Part shown: positions 44,954 through 56,688 of the stretch, piece after piece
Numbering within the stretch: position 1 is the stretch's first letter
Layout: each line of letters opens with the position of its first letter
Origin: an uncultured bacterium
GTDB lineage: Bacteria; Bdellovibrionota; JACOXK01; 2-02-FULL-40-11
Direction: 5' to 3'
NCBI GenBank assembly: GCA_964371555.1
Contig: CAYJMQ010000001.1
Span: 10,882-72,542 of the forward strand
Length of the DNA stretch: 61,661 nt
Notes under the pieces: generated by a model
The model's database searches: none
What the model saw: only the letters and a program-made list of their open reading frames with translations
Told to the model about the DNA's origin: nothing
Position numbers and translations under genes: made by a program

Positions 44954-46099
44954 TTATGGATTCACAGTCTCGACGTATTTGAATTGCCCGTTTTTTACAA
45001 CCAAAACAACGGCCGCTTTTTCCGCATCGCGATTTTCATTGAGGCTAATGACTCCTGAGACCGCCTGGAAATTTTTGGTTTGTGAAAGCGCATCCCGGAT
45101 TTCTTTCGATGTCTGATTTTTTGTCCGTTTCAGCGCGTCGATCAAGACCAATGCGGCATCATATCCCATGGCTGCCAGTCCATCCGGAACTTTACCGTAG
45201 GCTTTTTTGAATTTTTCAACGAATTCAACCACGCGCGGCTCTTTGCTTTCAGAAGTGTAGTGGTTGCTGAAGTATGAGTTTTCCAATGCGGCGCCGCCGA
45301 TTTCAGAAAGTCTTTCAGAGTCCCATCCATCTCCGCCGAGAAGCGGCATTTTGAGACCGAGTTCCCTTGCCTGTCTGGCAATGAGACCCACCTCTGTGTA
45401 ATACCCCGGGATAAAAATCCCATCGACTTTCTTTGTGCGAATGGCTGTCAGCTGTGCTTTAAAATCGACATCCCCGCCTGTGTAAGAGAGATCGGAAACC
45501 ACTTTTCCTCCCAGCTCTTCAAATGTTTTTGTGAAAAACTCTGAGAGTCCAACACTGTAATCGCTCTTTACATCTGTTAGATTCGCGACTTTTCTCATTT
45601 TTAGCGTGTTATAAGCAAAGTTTGCCATCACCTTCCCCTGGAAAGGATCTATGAAACAGGTTCTGAAAATATAGTCGCCGACCTGAGTAACTTTAGGATT
45701 TGTGGAAGAGGGGCTAAGCATCGGGACCTGATATCTCTGTGCGATTGGAGCGCCTGCCAGTGAACGGGAGCTTGCGACTTCCCCTAAAAGGGCAACCGCT
45801 TTATCACTGGTAATTAATTTGGTAACGGCGGCCGCGGCCTCTTCTGGTTTTCCCTGATCATCAACGGTAACGACTTTGATTTTCTTGCCATTAATGCCCC
45901 CTTGTTCATTGACTTCGTTTACCGCAAGGATGATTCCTTCGTGTGTCGATATTCCAAAGGTTGCCTCTGATCCTGTCAGTGAACCAAACTCACCTACTTT
46001 GATGACATTTTGATCTGCTTTTTTCGTGCAGCCAAAAATGAGAATGCTTAAAAAGACTGGAATATAAACCAATTTTCCAAATGATAATTGATGTTTCAT
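44954..46099 (-). CDS. livK: Branched-chain amino acid ABC transporter substrate-binding lipoprotein (LivK/LivJ family)
   Basis: Start at MKHQLSFGKLVYIPVFLSILIFGC (lipobox), preceded by GGAGGA. Type I periplasmic-binding fold (IKVGEFGSLTGSEATFG). Confidence 0.85.
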   Translation of the reverse strand: MKHQLSFGKLVYIPVFLSILIFGCTKKADQNVIKVGEFGSLTGSEATFGISTHEGIILAVNEVNEQGGINGKKIKVVTVDDQGKPEEAAAAVTKLITSDKAVALLGEVASSRSLAGAPIAQRYQVPMLSPSSTNPKVTQVGDYIFRTCFIDPFQGKVMANFAYNTLKMRKVANLTDVKSDYSVGLSEFFTKTFEELGGKVVSDLSYTGGDVDFKAQLTAIRTKKVDGIFIPGYYTEVGLIARQARELGLKMPLLGGDGWDSERLSEIGGAALENSYFSNHYTSESKEPRVVEFVEKFKKAYGKVPDGLAAMGYDAALVLIDALKRTKNQTSKEIRDALSQTKNFQAVSGVISLNENRDAEKAAVVLVVKNGQFKYVETVNP

Positions 46100-46203
46100 T
46101 TTTATTCTCCTCCTGTGGGGTGCGGGGAACTTAGCAAAAAGGGATGGAGAAGTCAAATTTGCCTTGATTTGGAATGAGTATGTTGTTAAAGGCAATTCGA
46201 TAT

Positions 46204-47466
46204 ATGAACGCGCGGCAATATCAAAAGCTGACCCCTCCAAAATACGGCGAAAAAATCGAGGTCATCTCCATCTCAAAACGTATCGTTCCGGATCGCCCCG
46301 TCATTCCCTTCATTGAAGGGGATGGAACGGGGCCTGACATCTGGCGGGCGGCCCATCCTGTCTGGGAAGCGGCTTTAAAAAAGGCGTATGCCGGAAAAAA
46401 AGAGATAGTCTGGTTTGAAATTTTTGCCGGTGAAAAAGCAAAAGCCAAATATAATGACTGGCTCCCTGCGGATACACTGCTTGCCATCGAGGAATATGGT
46501 CTTGCGATCAAGGGGCCGCTCACAACGCCTGTCGGTGGCGGCTTCAGGAGTCTCAATGTCTCTCTTCGCCAGATTTTTGATCTCTATGCCTGTATTCGTC
46601 CTGTGCGCTATTTTTCAGGGGTGCCTGCCCCTGTAAAACATCCGGAGGCGTTAAATATCGTCATTTTCCGGGAGAATACGGAAGATGTTTACGCGGGTAT
46701 CGAGTGGAAAGCCGAAACGGAAGAAGCGAAAAAAGTCATACAATTTTTAACTGAGCAGATGAAAGTAAAAATTCGTCCCGATTCCGGGATCGGTATAAAA
46801 CCGATTTCTAAATTTGGCAGTCAAAGGCTTGTGAGGCGCGCGATTCAATATGCCATTGATCATGAAAGAGAGAGTGTAACGCTGGTTCATAAAGGAAATA
46901 TCATGAAATATACCGAAGGGGCGTTCAAAGAGTGGGGATATGAGCTGGCAAAAGAAGAATTTGCGGATAAAACCATTACAGAAGATATGCTGGTCAATGA
47001 ATTTAGGGAATTTAGGGGGGTTCGACCTCGCAACAAAGTTATTATCAAAGATCGCATAGCAGATTCGATGCTCCAGCAGCTGCTTCTGAGACCCGCTGAG
47101 TATAGCGTGATGGCGCTCCCCAATCTGAATGGCGATTATCTTTCGGATGCGGCGGTGGCACAGGTCGGCGGATTAGGACTTGCCCCCGGGGGGAACATCG
47201 GCGACAAATGCGCGATATTTGAAGCGACACACGGCACAGCCCCAAAATATGCGGGGCAAGACAAAGTGAATCCAGGGTCTTTGCTTCTTTCGGGTGTGAT
47301 GATGTTTGAGTATTTGGGGTGGCATGAGGCGGCGGATTTAATTGTCAAGGCTCTGGAAAAAACGATTTCTCAAAAACGTGTGACGTATGATCTTCATAGG
47401 ATCATGACAGGGGCAAAGCTGTTAAAGTGTTCTGAATTTGGGAAAGCAATCATCGATAATTTGTGA
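46204..47466 (+). CDS. icd: Isocitrate dehydrogenase (NADP-dependent)
   Basis: [26 protein letters not shown] and [10 protein letters not shown] motifs. ATGs at 46174 and 46180 are alternative starts. Confidence 0.92.
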   Translation: MNARQYQKLTPPKYGEKIEVISISKRIVPDRPVIPFIEGDGTGPDIWRAAHPVWEAALKKAYAGKKEIVWFEIFAGEKAKAKYNDWLPADTLLAIEEYGLAIKGPLTTPVGGGFRSLNVSLRQIFDLYACIRPVRYFSGVPAPVKHPEALNIVIFRENTEDVYAGIEWKAETEEAKKVIQFLTEQMKVKIRPDSGIGIKPISKFGSQRLVRRAIQYAIDHERESVTLVHKGNIMKYTEGAFKEWGYELAKEEFADKTITEDMLVNEFREFRGVRPRNKVIIKDRIADSMLQQLLLRPAEYSVMALPNLNGDYLSDAAVAQVGGLGLAPGGNIGDKCAIFEATHGTAPKYAGQDKVNPGSLLLSGVMMFEYLGWHEAADLIVKALEKTISQKRVTYDLHRIMTGAKLLKCSEFGKAIIDNL

Positions 47467-47475
47467 GGGGAGAAA

Positions 47476-48408
47476 ATGTTAAAAAGAAATAAAGTAACGG
47501 TTGTCGGCGCCGGGAATGTCGGCGCAACAGCCGCGCATCTGATTGTTGAAAAGGGATTGGCCGATGTGGCGCTCGTAGATGTGGTGGAGGGGATTCCGCA
47601 AGGGAAGGGGCTCGATATTTATGAATCGACTCCTGTTTCTGGCTGCGATTGCCGGGTGATTGGAACCAATAGCTATGAGCAGACAAAAGATTCTCAAGTT
47701 GTTGTCATCACGGCAGGCTCGCCCCGGAAGCCGGGGATGAGTCGGGATGATCTTTTAGAGATCAACACAAAAATTGTAAAAGCGGTTACAGAGCAGGTTG
47801 CCAAATATTCCCCGGATGCCATTTTGGTTGTTGTTTCAAATCCACTCGATGCGATGGCGTATGTGGCAAAGACAGTCAGTCGATTCCCTTCCCATCGTGT
47901 GGTTGGGATGGCAGGGATTTTGGATACAGCCCGCTTCCGAACATTCATTTCTGAAGCGCTTGAAGTCTCTGTGAAGGATGTGGCAACGCTTGTATTGGGG
48001 GGGCACGGGGATGAGATGGTGCCGCTCCCCCGCTTGACGACCGTTGGGGGGGTTCCGCTTAAAGAGCTTCTTTCGGAGAAAAAAATTGAGGAATTGATTG
48101 TACGAACCCGAAATGGGGGGGGAGAAATTGTGAGTCTTTTAAAAACGGGGAGCGCTTATTATGCCCCGGCGGCTTCTGTCTGTGAAATGGTTGAGGCGAT
48201 TTTAAAAGATCAGAAGAGAATTTTGCCATGCGCCGCTTATTTAAATGGGGAATATGGCGCCAAGGGGATCTATTTGGGGGTTCCTGTGAAATTGGGCGCG
48301 AAAGGGGTGGAGAAAATTATTGAACTGAAACTCGAAGGGGGGGAGAGCAAAGCGCTGATGAAGTCAATTCAGGGGGTGCAGGAGCTGATTTCTAAGATTC
48401 ATATATGA
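47476..48408 (+). CDS. mdh: Malate dehydrogenase (LDH-like type)
   Basis: [29 protein letters not shown] and GGHGDEMVP motifs. Confidence 0.92.
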   Translation: MLKRNKVTVVGAGNVGATAAHLIVEKGLADVALVDVVEGIPQGKGLDIYESTPVSGCDCRVIGTNSYEQTKDSQVVVITAGSPRKPGMSRDDLLEINTKIVKAVTEQVAKYSPDAILVVVSNPLDAMAYVAKTVSRFPSHRVVGMAGILDTARFRTFISEALEVSVKDVATLVLGGHGDEMVPLPRLTTVGGVPLKELLSEKKIEELIVRTRNGGGEIVSLLKTGSAYYAPAASVCEMVEAILKDQKRILPCAAYLNGEYGAKGIYLGVPVKLGAKGVEKIIELKLEGGESKALMKSIQGVQELISKIHI

Positions 48409-49580
48409 AAATTCACGAGTACCAGGCAAAAGAATTGTTTTCACAGTACGGTATTTCTATTCCTCCGGGACATATTGCCGCAACCCCGGATCAGGCAGAA
48501 AAAATTGCGAAGGAATTGGGGGGAAAGCTCTGGGTGATTAAAGCGCAGGTCCATGCCGGCGGACGCGGGAAGGCTGGGGGGGTGAGGCTCGCCCGCTCGA
48601 TTTCAGAGGTTCGGGAGCTTTCCGAAGTTATAGTCGGCATGACATTGGTGAGCCATCAGACCGGAAACGAAGGGAAAAAAGTTAGAAAGGTTCTCGTTGA
48701 GAAAGGGTGCGACATTAAAAAGGAGTATTATCTGGCGATTCTTCTTGATCGCGCCGAGGAAAAAATAGTGGCGATCGCGAGTTCTCAAGGGGGGATAGAT
48801 ATTGAAAAGGTTGCGGAAAAATCGCCTGACAGGATTTTTAGGGAATATGCCGATTCCCTGGAGGGTTTTCATCCGGCCCAGATTGAAGGACTCGCGAACA
48901 AACTTGGTTTTATCGGAAAAACAGCGGCTCAATTTGAGCAGATTGTCAGCGCGCTTTATAAAATTTTTATTGAAAAAGATGCCGCACTTCTTGAAATCAA
49001 TCCGTTGATTTTGACATCTTCAGGCGACCTTATGGCGCTCGATGCGAAAGTTAATTTCGATGACAATGGCCTTTTTCGCCATCCGGAAATTGAGCGGCTG
49101 CGCGATTTTGATGAAGAAGATCCAAGAGAGGTTGAGGCATCGAAGTTTAATTTAAATTATATCCGTCTCAATGGGGAAATTGGCTGCATGGTGAATGGCG
49201 CTGGGCTTGCCATGGCAACGATGGATATCATCAAGCTTGCCGGCGGAGAGCCCGCGAATTTTCTCGATGTCGGCGGGGGGGCGAGTCAGGAAAAGGTGAA
49301 GGAGGCGTTTAAACTCCTTTTGTCGGATAAAAATGTGAAAGCGGTTCTGGTGAATATCTTTGGCGGCATCATGCGCTGCGATGTGATTGCCCGCGGGATT
49401 TTGGAGGCCGCGAAACAAGTTGAAATGAACGTTCCATTGGTTGTGCGCCTGGAGGGGACAAATGTGGAAGAGGGGCGAAGGCTTCTCAAAGAGTCAGGAT
49501 TAAAAATTATAACAGCCTCGACGATGAAAGACGGCGCTCAAAAAGCGGTGTCGGAGTCGGCCGGTGGTCTATTAAGATGA
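48405..49580 (+). CDS. sucC: Succinate--CoA ligase subunit beta
   Basis: [17 protein letters not shown] and the ATP-grasp plus ligase-CoA domains. Confidence 0.95.
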   Translation: MKIHEYQAKELFSQYGISIPPGHIAATPDQAEKIAKELGGKLWVIKAQVHAGGRGKAGGVRLARSISEVRELSEVIVGMTLVSHQTGNEGKKVRKVLVEKGCDIKKEYYLAILLDRAEEKIVAIASSQGGIDIEKVAEKSPDRIFREYADSLEGFHPAQIEGLANKLGFIGKTAAQFEQIVSALYKIFIEKDAALLEINPLILTSSGDLMALDAKVNFDDNGLFRHPEIERLRDFDEEDPREVEASKFNLNYIRLNGEIGCMVNGAGLAMATMDIIKLAGGEPANFLDVGGGASQEKVKEAFKLLLSDKNVKAVLVNIFGGIMRCDVIARGILEAAKQVEMNVPLVVRLEGTNVEEGRRLLKESGLKIITASTMKDGAQKAVSESAGGLLR

Positions 49581-50458
49581 GTATTCTCGTAAATAAAAAT
49601 ACACGGCTTTTGGTTCAGGGACTGACGGGGAAGGAGGGGACCTTTCATGCGCGTCAATGTCTGGCGTATGGAACAAAAGTTGTTGCGGGGGTAACGCCGG
49701 GCAAAGGGGGGAGCGATGTGGATGGGATTCCGGTTTTTAGCACGGTCAAAGAAGCGGTTTCTGCCACAGAGGCGAATGTCTCGGTAATCTTTGTTCCGCC
49801 GCGCTTTGCGCCCGCGGCGATCGAAGAAGCGATTGCGGCTGATCTCGATCTCGTCGTCTGTATCACGGAAGGAATCCCGGCGCTTGACATGCTTAAAATT
49901 AAACAGCGGCTGAAAAAACAAAAAAAGACAAGACTCATCGGTCCGAATTGTCCCGGAATTATTACACCGGGGGAATGTAAAATCGGAATTATGCCGGGGC
50001 ATATTCATAAACGAGGCAAGATCGGGGTCATTTCCCGGAGTGGAACCTTAACTTATGAAGTGGTTGATCAATTAACGCGGCTGGGGCTGGGACAATCGAC
50101 CTGCATCGGGATTGGCGGGGATCCGATTATTGGGAGTCAGTTTGTCGATCTGCTCCCTCTTTTTGAAAAGGATCCTGAAACAGCGGCTGTTGTTCTCATC
50201 GGTGAAATTGGAGGGAGCGCGGAAGAAGAGGCGGCAGATTATATTAAAAAAAGTTTTTCAAAACCGGTCATCGGTTTTATTGCGGGACTCACGGCTCCGG
50301 AAGGGAAGCGGATGGGGCATGCGGGAGCGATCGTTTCTGGAGGAAAAGGGACGGCAACAGATAAGATTGCGGCGTTCAAGCGTGCCGGGGTTGTCGTTTC
50401 GAGAAATCCTGCCGATATTGGAGAGACGGCGGCAAATGTCATAAGGGGATCATCATGA
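49577..50458 (+). CDS. sucD: Succinate--CoA ligase subunit alpha
   Basis: [22 protein letters not shown], and the phosphohistidine loop MGHAGAIV. Confidence 0.95.
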   Translation: MSILVNKNTRLLVQGLTGKEGTFHARQCLAYGTKVVAGVTPGKGGSDVDGIPVFSTVKEAVSATEANVSVIFVPPRFAPAAIEEAIAADLDLVVCITEGIPALDMLKIKQRLKKQKKTRLIGPNCPGIITPGECKIGIMPGHIHKRGKIGVISRSGTLTYEVVDQLTRLGLGQSTCIGIGGDPIIGSQFVDLLPLFEKDPETAAVVLIGEIGGSAEEEAADYIKKSFSKPVIGFIAGLTAPEGKRMGHAGAIVSGGKGTATDKIAAFKRAGVVVSRNPADIGETAANVIRGSS

Positions 50459-50874
50459 TCGAACGAACACTCGCCATTATTAAACCTGACGCGGTTGAGA
50501 GAAAACTAATCGGAAAAATTATTTCCCGCTACGAAGAGGAAGGTTTTAAAATTGTCGATTTAAAAAAACAGCGCCTGACAGCCGATGATGCCCGCGATTT
50601 TTATATCGAGCATAAAGGAAAGCCATTTTACGAGAGCCTTGTAAAATACATGACCTCAGGTTCTGTGATTCTCATGGTATTGGAAAAAGAGAACGCGATT
50701 CAAAAAAACCGGGAGGTCATGGGCGCTACGGATCCAAAGTCCGCCGCCCCGGGGACCATTCGAAAAGAATATGGATTGAGTATTGAAAAGAATTCCGTGC
50801 ACGGTTCAGATTCCCCTTCCTCCGCGGCGAGAGAAATTGAGTTTTTCTCACCGCAGCATCGGACCTGCACTTAA
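50455..50874 (+). CDS. ndk: Nucleoside diphosphate kinase
   Basis: [12 protein letters not shown] and NSVHGSDS (active-site His). Confidence 0.95.
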   Translation: MIERTLAIIKPDAVERKLIGKIISRYEEEGFKIVDLKKQRLTADDARDFYIEHKGKPFYESLVKYMTSGSVILMVLEKENAIQKNREVMGATDPKSAAPGTIRKEYGLSIEKNSVHGSDSPSSAAREIEFFSPQHRTCT

Positions 50875-50892
50875 ACTGCAATAAGTAAAAAT

Positions 50893-51255
50893 ATGGTTCA
50901 GATATATAGCGGCATAGTTTTGACGATGATATTTGTCGGTGTTCTGTTTCGCAGAAAACGTAAGATTCATATCCCGATCATGGTCATGAGCTTTGTTCTG
51001 GATCTTTCTTCCGTCTTCTATTTGGAATTGGCTAGAAATGTTATTTTTAAAGCGTACGACAATGTTTCCAAAGAGTTGATGCAAATTCATCTCTTTTTCG
51101 CGGTGGTAACGCTTGTTGGCTATGGAATCGCAATGTATACCGGACGAAAAATCGCCAAAGGGGCTCCTATTTCAGCCCTGCACCGGATCAATGCCTTTTG
51201 TTTCCTTACGGCACGAACCGGCGTATTTGTAACCAGCTTTTGGATTTTGGAATAA
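50893..51255 (+). CDS. Small integral membrane protein (possibly DUF420-like)
   Basis: 120 aa with 3-4 TM segments and spaced His residues. Assignment is weak. Confidence 0.4.
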   Translation: MVQIYSGIVLTMIFVGVLFRRKRKIHIPIMVMSFVLDLSSVFYLELARNVIFKAYDNVSKELMQIHLFFAVVTLVGYGIAMYTGRKIAKGAPISALHRINAFCFLTARTGVFVTSFWILE

Positions 51256-51266
51256 CTGTTTCGGAT

Positions 51267-52661
51267 TTATTCTGCCGGTACCACTCCAAAATATCGCCCC
51301 ATCCAGTAAGCCACGAGATAATCCATCCCGGCATAGACCTGCTCTTCACCCGTTCGGGGGGGCGGCGATGAGAGAACGGCCCGCCAGGGGCTGCTCTTCC
51401 AGTAATTGGAATTCATTGGGCGATTGGCAAGCGGTTGAATCTGATCGGTATCGTCACGCGCCATCCAGAGTTCGTACTTTTCAATTGGAAAGTCACGCAG
51501 ATCTTCAATAATGGGGGCCATGCGCGGCGTTTCAACGGGACTAATGGTGGCGATATAGGGAATCGAAAACATCGGGTTTCTTTCGTATCGCATAAATTTC
51601 CACATCCCTTCCATCCCTCGTCGAATTGACTTCATATACTCTCGCCGTGGCTCCTGAAAAAAGAGTGAGAGATAGGCCAATCCCAAAGCCTGCATGTCAG
51701 AAAAACTCGGTTTGTCAAAATCAGGTCCCCGTTTGTCTCCGACAAATCGCTTAATGCTTTGTCCGAGAAGTTCAAGCGACCAGCCAATGGTTCGATACCA
51801 CGACTTAATCTCTTTTCGATAAACATCGGCCAACTCCCGATCAAAAAACTGGGCTGAGACAAGCATGTGGAGCACAAGCATTTGATTAAAACCATTGGCA
51901 ATCTGGGGTCCAAGATCTCCAAACTCTGTCCTTTGTCCGTTCCAATCGATTATCTGATAATTGTTTTTGGCCAGTCGACGAACCAGCGGGAGCAAGAGAT
52001 CGAGAAGTTTTTGTTTTGTTGCGGGATGAAGCGCTATCTTTCCCTGACGCTCCAGCGCCAATGGGATTGCGGCGCCAAACGCGGCCAGATTGAGATGATC
52101 CTTCGCGACCCCGTTTCTAAACCATGTGCCACGAGGCCCCTGCATCCAGAATTTCGTCGGCCGGGACTGTTCGGTATCCATCCAGGAAAGTCTGGCCCCT
52201 CTGTAATCAGGCATCGCGGAGCGGGCCAGGAGACCCGGGATTCCAGTCGTTTCGTAAATTTTAAGGAGTCCTTCCGTGAGCAGACGAATCTTGTCATCCT
52301 GATCAATGCCGGTTACTGCTTCTTTGAAGGCATAGGCGGCAATCAAATACCCTTGCCAGGCCGGCAGATCAGCCACATCGTGACTCTTTTGATATCTTGG
52401 CGTGTCACTCCATGGAAAGAAAGAGGTGTAGAGAAGGAGCCCGTCTTTTGTGACATGCCGTAAAGTATTTTTTTCTATCAATGCTTCTTTTCGAAGAAGA
52501 TGTGGATCGGTTACAAACCACGGTCTCTTCGGCGCTGTCCGTGGTCCCGCAAAACTGACTGCCGCCTGAGATATAAGAAGAGAGATAATGAGACATATCC
52601 TGAGATGTAACCTGAGATATAACCTGAGATATAAGATGAAGAACCGGAAACGAATACCCAT
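51267..52661 (-). CDS. Hypothetical secreted protein (~464 aa)
   Basis: Start at MGIRFRFF, preceded by GGAGG. Long N-terminal signal-like region containing the YLRL repeat, then AVSFA. No recognised domain. The longest ORF extends to 52715. Confidence 0.6.
   Translation of the reverse strand: MGIRFRFFILYLRLYLRLHLRICLIISLLISQAAVSFAGPRTAPKRPWFVTDPHLLRKEALIEKNTLRHVTKDGLLLYTSFFPWSDTPRYQKSHDVADLPAWQGYLIAAYAFKEAVTGIDQDDKIRLLTEGLLKIYETTGIPGLLARSAMPDYRGARLSWMDTEQSRPTKFWMQGPRGTWFRNGVAKDHLNLAAFGAAIPLALERQGKIALHPATKQKLLDLLLPLVRRLAKNNYQIIDWNGQRTEFGDLGPQIANGFNQMLVLHMLVSAQFFDRELADVYRKEIKSWYRTIGWSLELLGQSIKRFVGDKRGPDFDKPSFSDMQALGLAYLSLFFQEPRREYMKSIRRGMEGMWKFMRYERNPMFSIPYIATISPVETPRMAPIIEDLRDFPIEKYELWMARDDTDQIQPLANRPMNSNYWKSSPWRAVLSSPPPRTGEEQVYAGMDYLVAYWMGRYFGVVPAE
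52599..52634 (-). repeat. 12-bp tandem repeat x3 inside the signal-peptide region (encodes YLRLYLRLHLRI on the minus strand)
   Basis: Plus strand reads CCTGAGATGTAA CCTGAGATATAA CCTGAGATATAA. A further dispersed unit lies at 52565-52576. Confidence 0.9.
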
Positions 52662-52779
52662 ATGAATCCTCCCCATTTTTGCAATACCAATGATGTTGTC
52701 TTTCGAGTATGGCATAAGCGAAAAATTAATTCAAAAATTTTTATCCGCGCAGTATATTACGCTCAAAATCCCCTTGACC

Positions 52780-52809
52780 CAAAATACTCTTGAACAAAAT
52801 ACTCTTGAC
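52780..52809. repeat. 15-bp tandem duplication (CAAAATACTCTTGAA / CAAAATACTCTTGAC) in a divergent promoter region
   Basis: Read directly. Each unit ends in a TTGAA/TTGAC -35-like motif. Confidence 0.85.
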
Positions 52810-52903
52810 AAAGAAATGAATTAAAATAAAAGGCTAAAGATCAAATCATAGCCATGAAAATGGAAGGCTAAGATTTGTAAAACCGATTACATTAGGAGGA
52901 TAT

Positions 52904-53272
52904 ATGAAATACCTTTTTTCTATCGTATGTGCATCTTTAGTACTGATCGCGAATGTTTGGGCCGCCGAAGAGTTAAGTTCGCCCGAAGCTTCAAAAGAGC
53001 TTGTGAAGTACGTGAAAAAAAATCTCAGGGAAATTGAAAGAGACGGCGTCCGGGAATTGAGAGCCGAGACTGTGAGCATAGACAAAGATTCCGTGGAATG
53101 TTTAGGCGTAAATTCTATGACTCTAGATCATGTGGTGGTGGGCACATGTCTTGCCCACGGAAATTTGGATGATCAAAATGTTGACTCTGTGGTTGCCATT
53201 ACCGTTTCACAAGATGATCCAAGTTATGCGCAACGGACGAGTTACCTTCGGGTTCTCACGACTGAAGAGTAA
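52904..53272 (+). CDS. Small secreted hypothetical protein (122 aa)
   Basis: Signal peptide MKYLFSIVCASLVLIANVWA and an upstream GGAGGA. Confidence 0.55.
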   Translation: MKYLFSIVCASLVLIANVWAAEELSSPEASKELVKYVKKNLREIERDGVRELRAETVSIDKDSVECLGVNSMTLDHVVVGTCLAHGNLDDQNVDSVVAITVSQDDPSYAQRTSYLRVLTTEE

Positions 53273-53281
53273 CAATTCCGC

Positions 53282-54391
53282 TTAAAAAAATTCTTTGATC
53301 TTTTGAATCACATATTCCTGCTGAGCGCTGCTTATTTGGGGAAAAATAGGGAGTGAGAGAGATCGGCGGCAGACCTCTTCTGCGATGGGAAAATCAATGG
53401 CGCGGTGTTTTTCTTTATAGCAATCCAGAAAAGGGAGCGGCGTTGGGAAGTAATTTGCGGTTTGAATTCCATGGCTCTTCAGATAATTTTGAACGGTTTC
53501 TTTCTCATCCATAAGAGTCACATAAGCGTGGAAGATATGGTATTGATTTGCCGCTTTGCCTGGGGGGGAGATCTTTTGAATCAGATTTTCTCTTTCCAGC
53601 AGTTTCGTATATAAAGATGCCTTTTCACCCCTTTTTTCGTTCCATTCCCGTAGATACGGAAGTTTCACATTGAGAATCGCCGCCAGAAGTTCAGGGAGTC
53701 TCGCGTTCATCCCGATCTTTTTGTGCCGGTAGCTCTTCGGGTATTCGCCATGGGTCCGATAGTCGCGCGCGGCCAAAAAATCGGTTTTATTTTTAAGAAA
53801 AAGCATCCCCCCATCGCCATAAGTTCCAAGATTTTTGGAGGGGTAAAAACTTAAGACCCCCATGTCTCCAATCGAGCCGCATTTTTTTCCTTTATATTCA
53901 GCTCCGATCGCCTGGCAGGCATCTTCGATGACGCAGAGATTCTTTTTTTTTGCGATTTCCATAATGGGATCCATGTCTGCCGATTGTCCAAAAATATGAA
54001 CGGGCATAATCGCTCTCGTTTTGGGAGTGATCGCCTGTTCGATTTTTTTTGGATCGATACAAAACGTATCGGGCAGAATGTCAACAAAGACCGGCGTCGC
54101 TTTTAAAAATGAGATGGCTTCAGCGGTTGCGAAAAAAGAGAAGGCCGAAGTAATGACTTCATCTCCCGGCTGAATATCAATCGTGAGCAGAGCCAAAAGA
54201 AGCGCGTCGGTTCCGCACGAAACCGCGAGCGCATAAGGCGATTCACAAAATTCAGCGGCTGTTTTTTCGAGTTTTTCGCCTTCAGGACCCAAAACGAAAA
54301 TACCGCTTTCCAAAACCCTGATGATCGCAGGATCTATTTCTTTCTTAAGTTGCCGATATTCGGCTTTTAAATCGAGCAGGGGGACGTTCAT
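53282..54391 (-). CDS. DegT/DnrJ/EryC1/StrS-family sugar aminotransferase
   Basis: PLP fold-type I sugar aminotransferase pattern ([21 protein letters not shown]; [11 protein letters not shown] with the PLP Lys). Confidence 0.85.
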   Translation of the reverse strand: MNVPLLDLKAEYRQLKKEIDPAIIRVLESGIFVLGPEGEKLEKTAAEFCESPYALAVSCGTDALLLALLTIDIQPGDEVITSAFSFFATAEAISFLKATPVFVDILPDTFCIDPKKIEQAITPKTRAIMPVHIFGQSADMDPIMEIAKKKNLCVIEDACQAIGAEYKGKKCGSIGDMGVLSFYPSKNLGTYGDGGMLFLKNKTDFLAARDYRTHGEYPKSYRHKKIGMNARLPELLAAILNVKLPYLREWNEKRGEKASLYTKLLERENLIQKISPPGKAANQYHIFHAYVTLMDEKETVQNYLKSHGIQTANYFPTPLPFLDCYKEKHRAIDFPIAEEVCRRSLSLPIFPQISSAQQEYVIQKIKEFF

Positions 54392-55326
54392 TGCAATATT
54401 TTCCGTTTAAAATAGGGGAGTGAAAGTTTCAATCCTTCTTCAAGACTGATTTTCGGTTTCCATTTGAGAAGCCTCTTTGCAAGCGCAATATCCGGCCTGC
54501 GAACCTTTGGATCATCCTCGGGGAGCGGCCGGTAGACACAACGACTGCCGCTTTCGGTCGTTTGAATAATTTTTTCGGCCATATCCTGAACCGTGAGTTC
54601 GTTTGGGTTTCCAAGATTTACCGGACAATGATAATCTGACAAAAAGAGACGCCAAATTCCTTCAATCAGATCACTCACATAGCAGAAGCTTCTTGTTTGG
54701 GTTCCATTTCCAAAGATCGTAAGATCTTCGCCTTTGAGGGCCTGGGTCATAAAGGTGGGAATGACACGACCGTCGTTCAGCCGCTGTCTGGGGCCGTAGG
54801 TATTAAAAATCCGCACGATCCGTGTTTCAATGTTGTGTGCGCGGTGATAGGCCATCGTCATGGCTTCGAGAAAGCGTTTGGCTTCATCATAGCAGCTTCT
54901 CGGGCCTATGGGATTTACATTCCCCCAGTCTTCTTCCTTTTGCGGATGGCTGAGCGGATCCCCGTAGACTTCTGATGTGGATGCGACCAAAACGCGAGCG
55001 CCTTTGGCTTTTGCGACACCCAAAACATTATGCGTTCCCAGCGCCCCGGCTTTCAGCGTTTGAATTGGAATTTTTTGATAGTCGACCGGACTGGCCGGAG
55101 AGGCGAAGTGAAAGATCGCGTGGAGGCGGCCTTCAATCGAAATATATTTTGTAATATCATGCTCCATGAACTCAAAAGAGGGATGATTTTTCAGGTGATC
55201 AATATTTTCATGGCGACCGGTGATGAAATTATCGATACAAATGACCGAATATTCCCTTTTGATAAGGGTGTCGCAGAGATGGGAACCCAGAAATCCCGCC
55301 CCCCCCGTTACCAGCGCCCGTTTCAT
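54388..55326 (-). CDS. UDP-glucuronate decarboxylase (UXS-like SDR)
   Basis: [31 protein letters not shown] and YDEAKR (SDR YxxxK). Lies between ugd and the aminotransferase with 4-nt overlaps. Confidence 0.8.
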   Translation of the reverse strand: MKRALVTGGAGFLGSHLCDTLIKREYSVICIDNFITGRHENIDHLKNHPSFEFMEHDITKYISIEGRLHAIFHFASPASPVDYQKIPIQTLKAGALGTHNVLGVAKAKGARVLVASTSEVYGDPLSHPQKEEDWGNVNPIGPRSCYDEAKRFLEAMTMAYHRAHNIETRIVRIFNTYGPRQRLNDGRVIPTFMTQALKGEDLTIFGNGTQTRSFCYVSDLIEGIWRLFLSDYHCPVNLGNPNELTVQDMAEKIIQTTESGSRCVYRPLPEDDPKVRRPDIALAKRLLKWKPKISLEEGLKLSLPYFKRKILQ

Positions 55327-56624
55327 AAAAGGCCCACCCCCTCATAAATGAATCCTTCCTCTTTCATCTGTTTGGGTGAAAAGAGATTTCGCCCGTCAAA
55401 AACGACAGGTTTCGCAAGCAGGCTTTTCATTTTATGAAAATCAGGTTTTCTGAATTCATTCCATTCCGTGAGTATCAAAAGAAGCTCGGCGCCGCGCAGG
55501 CATTCATAACGATCGATGTAGTAATCGAGATGATCTTCAAAAATCGATTTTGCGCTGGCAAGTGCGATAGGGTCATAGACATGAATTTTGACCTCGTGGT
55601 TTAGAAGTTTTCGGATAACAGCAAGCGAAGGGGCATCTCTCATATCGTCCGTATTGGGCTTGAAAGAAAGCCCCCAGATGGCGACGGTTTTTCCGGCAAG
55701 TTTTCCCTGAAAATATCTGTATGTTTTTTGAAACAGTATCTCTTTTTGTTTTTCATTTGTCTCTTCCACGGCTTGAAGAATCCTGAGCGGGGTTTGGCGC
55801 GAATAACCCATTGCAATCAACGCGCGAACGTCTTTTCCAAAACAGCTCCCTCCATAACCGGTGCCGGGGTAGAGAAATTTTGAGCCGATACGCGAATCGG
55901 TCATCAGGACTTTTCTGATCGATTCAATATCAGAAGGAATAGCTTCACAGAGATTTGCGATTTCATTGATAAAGGAAATTCGCATTGCAAGATAGGCATT
56001 GCATGCGTATTTTGAGAATTCAGCGCTTGCGTTGTCCATGACAAGGATAGGATTTCCGGAGCGGATAAAGGGATCATAAAGTTCTTTCATCAGCTCAATC
56101 GCATGTTCATTCTGTGTGCCGATAACAACGCGTTCGGGTTTTAGGAAGTCAGACACAGCCGATCCCTCTTTGAGAAATTCCGGGTTTGAGACAATTGAAA
56201 AATCGTATTTTGTTTTTTCACGGATGATTTTTTCGATTTGGTGAAAGGTTCCGATCGGGACGGTGCTTTTGATAACGATCGTTTTGGGTTCATTCATCGC
56301 TCGAGCGATGGCCGTTGCCGCTGAGATGACATATTTGAGATCGGAAGCGCCGTCTTCCGCGGTCGGGGTGCCGACGGCAATAAAGATTATTCTGGAATGT
56401 TGAATGTGCTTGGCGCCATCGGTTGTGAATTTTAACCGTTTGTTTTTTAAATTCCGCTGCACAAGCTCTTCCAGGCCGGGTTCATAAAAAGGGACAATCC
56501 CGTGGCTTAATTTTTCGATCCGGTTTGCGTCGATATCGATACAAACCACCTCATTTCCCATTTCAGCAAAGCAGGTTCCGGTAACGAGGCCCACGTAGCC
56601 GGTGCCGATGACAGAGATTTCCAT
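55323..56624 (-). CDS. ugd: UDP-glucose 6-dehydrogenase
   Basis: [16 protein letters not shown] and the catalytic Cys region [10 protein letters not shown]. Confidence 0.92.
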   Translation of the reverse strand: MEISVIGTGYVGLVTGTCFAEMGNEVVCIDIDANRIEKLSHGIVPFYEPGLEELVQRNLKNKRLKFTTDGAKHIQHSRIIFIAVGTPTAEDGASDLKYVISAATAIARAMNEPKTIVIKSTVPIGTFHQIEKIIREKTKYDFSIVSNPEFLKEGSAVSDFLKPERVVIGTQNEHAIELMKELYDPFIRSGNPILVMDNASAEFSKYACNAYLAMRISFINEIANLCEAIPSDIESIRKVLMTDSRIGSKFLYPGTGYGGSCFGKDVRALIAMGYSRQTPLRILQAVEETNEKQKEILFQKTYRYFQGKLAGKTVAIWGLSFKPNTDDMRDAPSLAVIRKLLNHEVKIHVYDPIALASAKSIFEDHLDYYIDRYECLRGAELLLILTEWNEFRKPDFHKMKSLLAKPVVFDGRNLFSPKQMKEEGFIYEGVGLL

Positions 56625-56688
56625 ATCCGCTTTTTAAATGATTCAAGTTCAGTTTGCAATTAAGAATCTGTTGTCATAATGTTTTTTC

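Noticed and set aside
1168-52809. Short repeat arrays considered as CRISPR-like
   Set aside because: Units are contiguous with no spacers, are 9-28 bp long and have only 2-4 copies. No cas genes are present.
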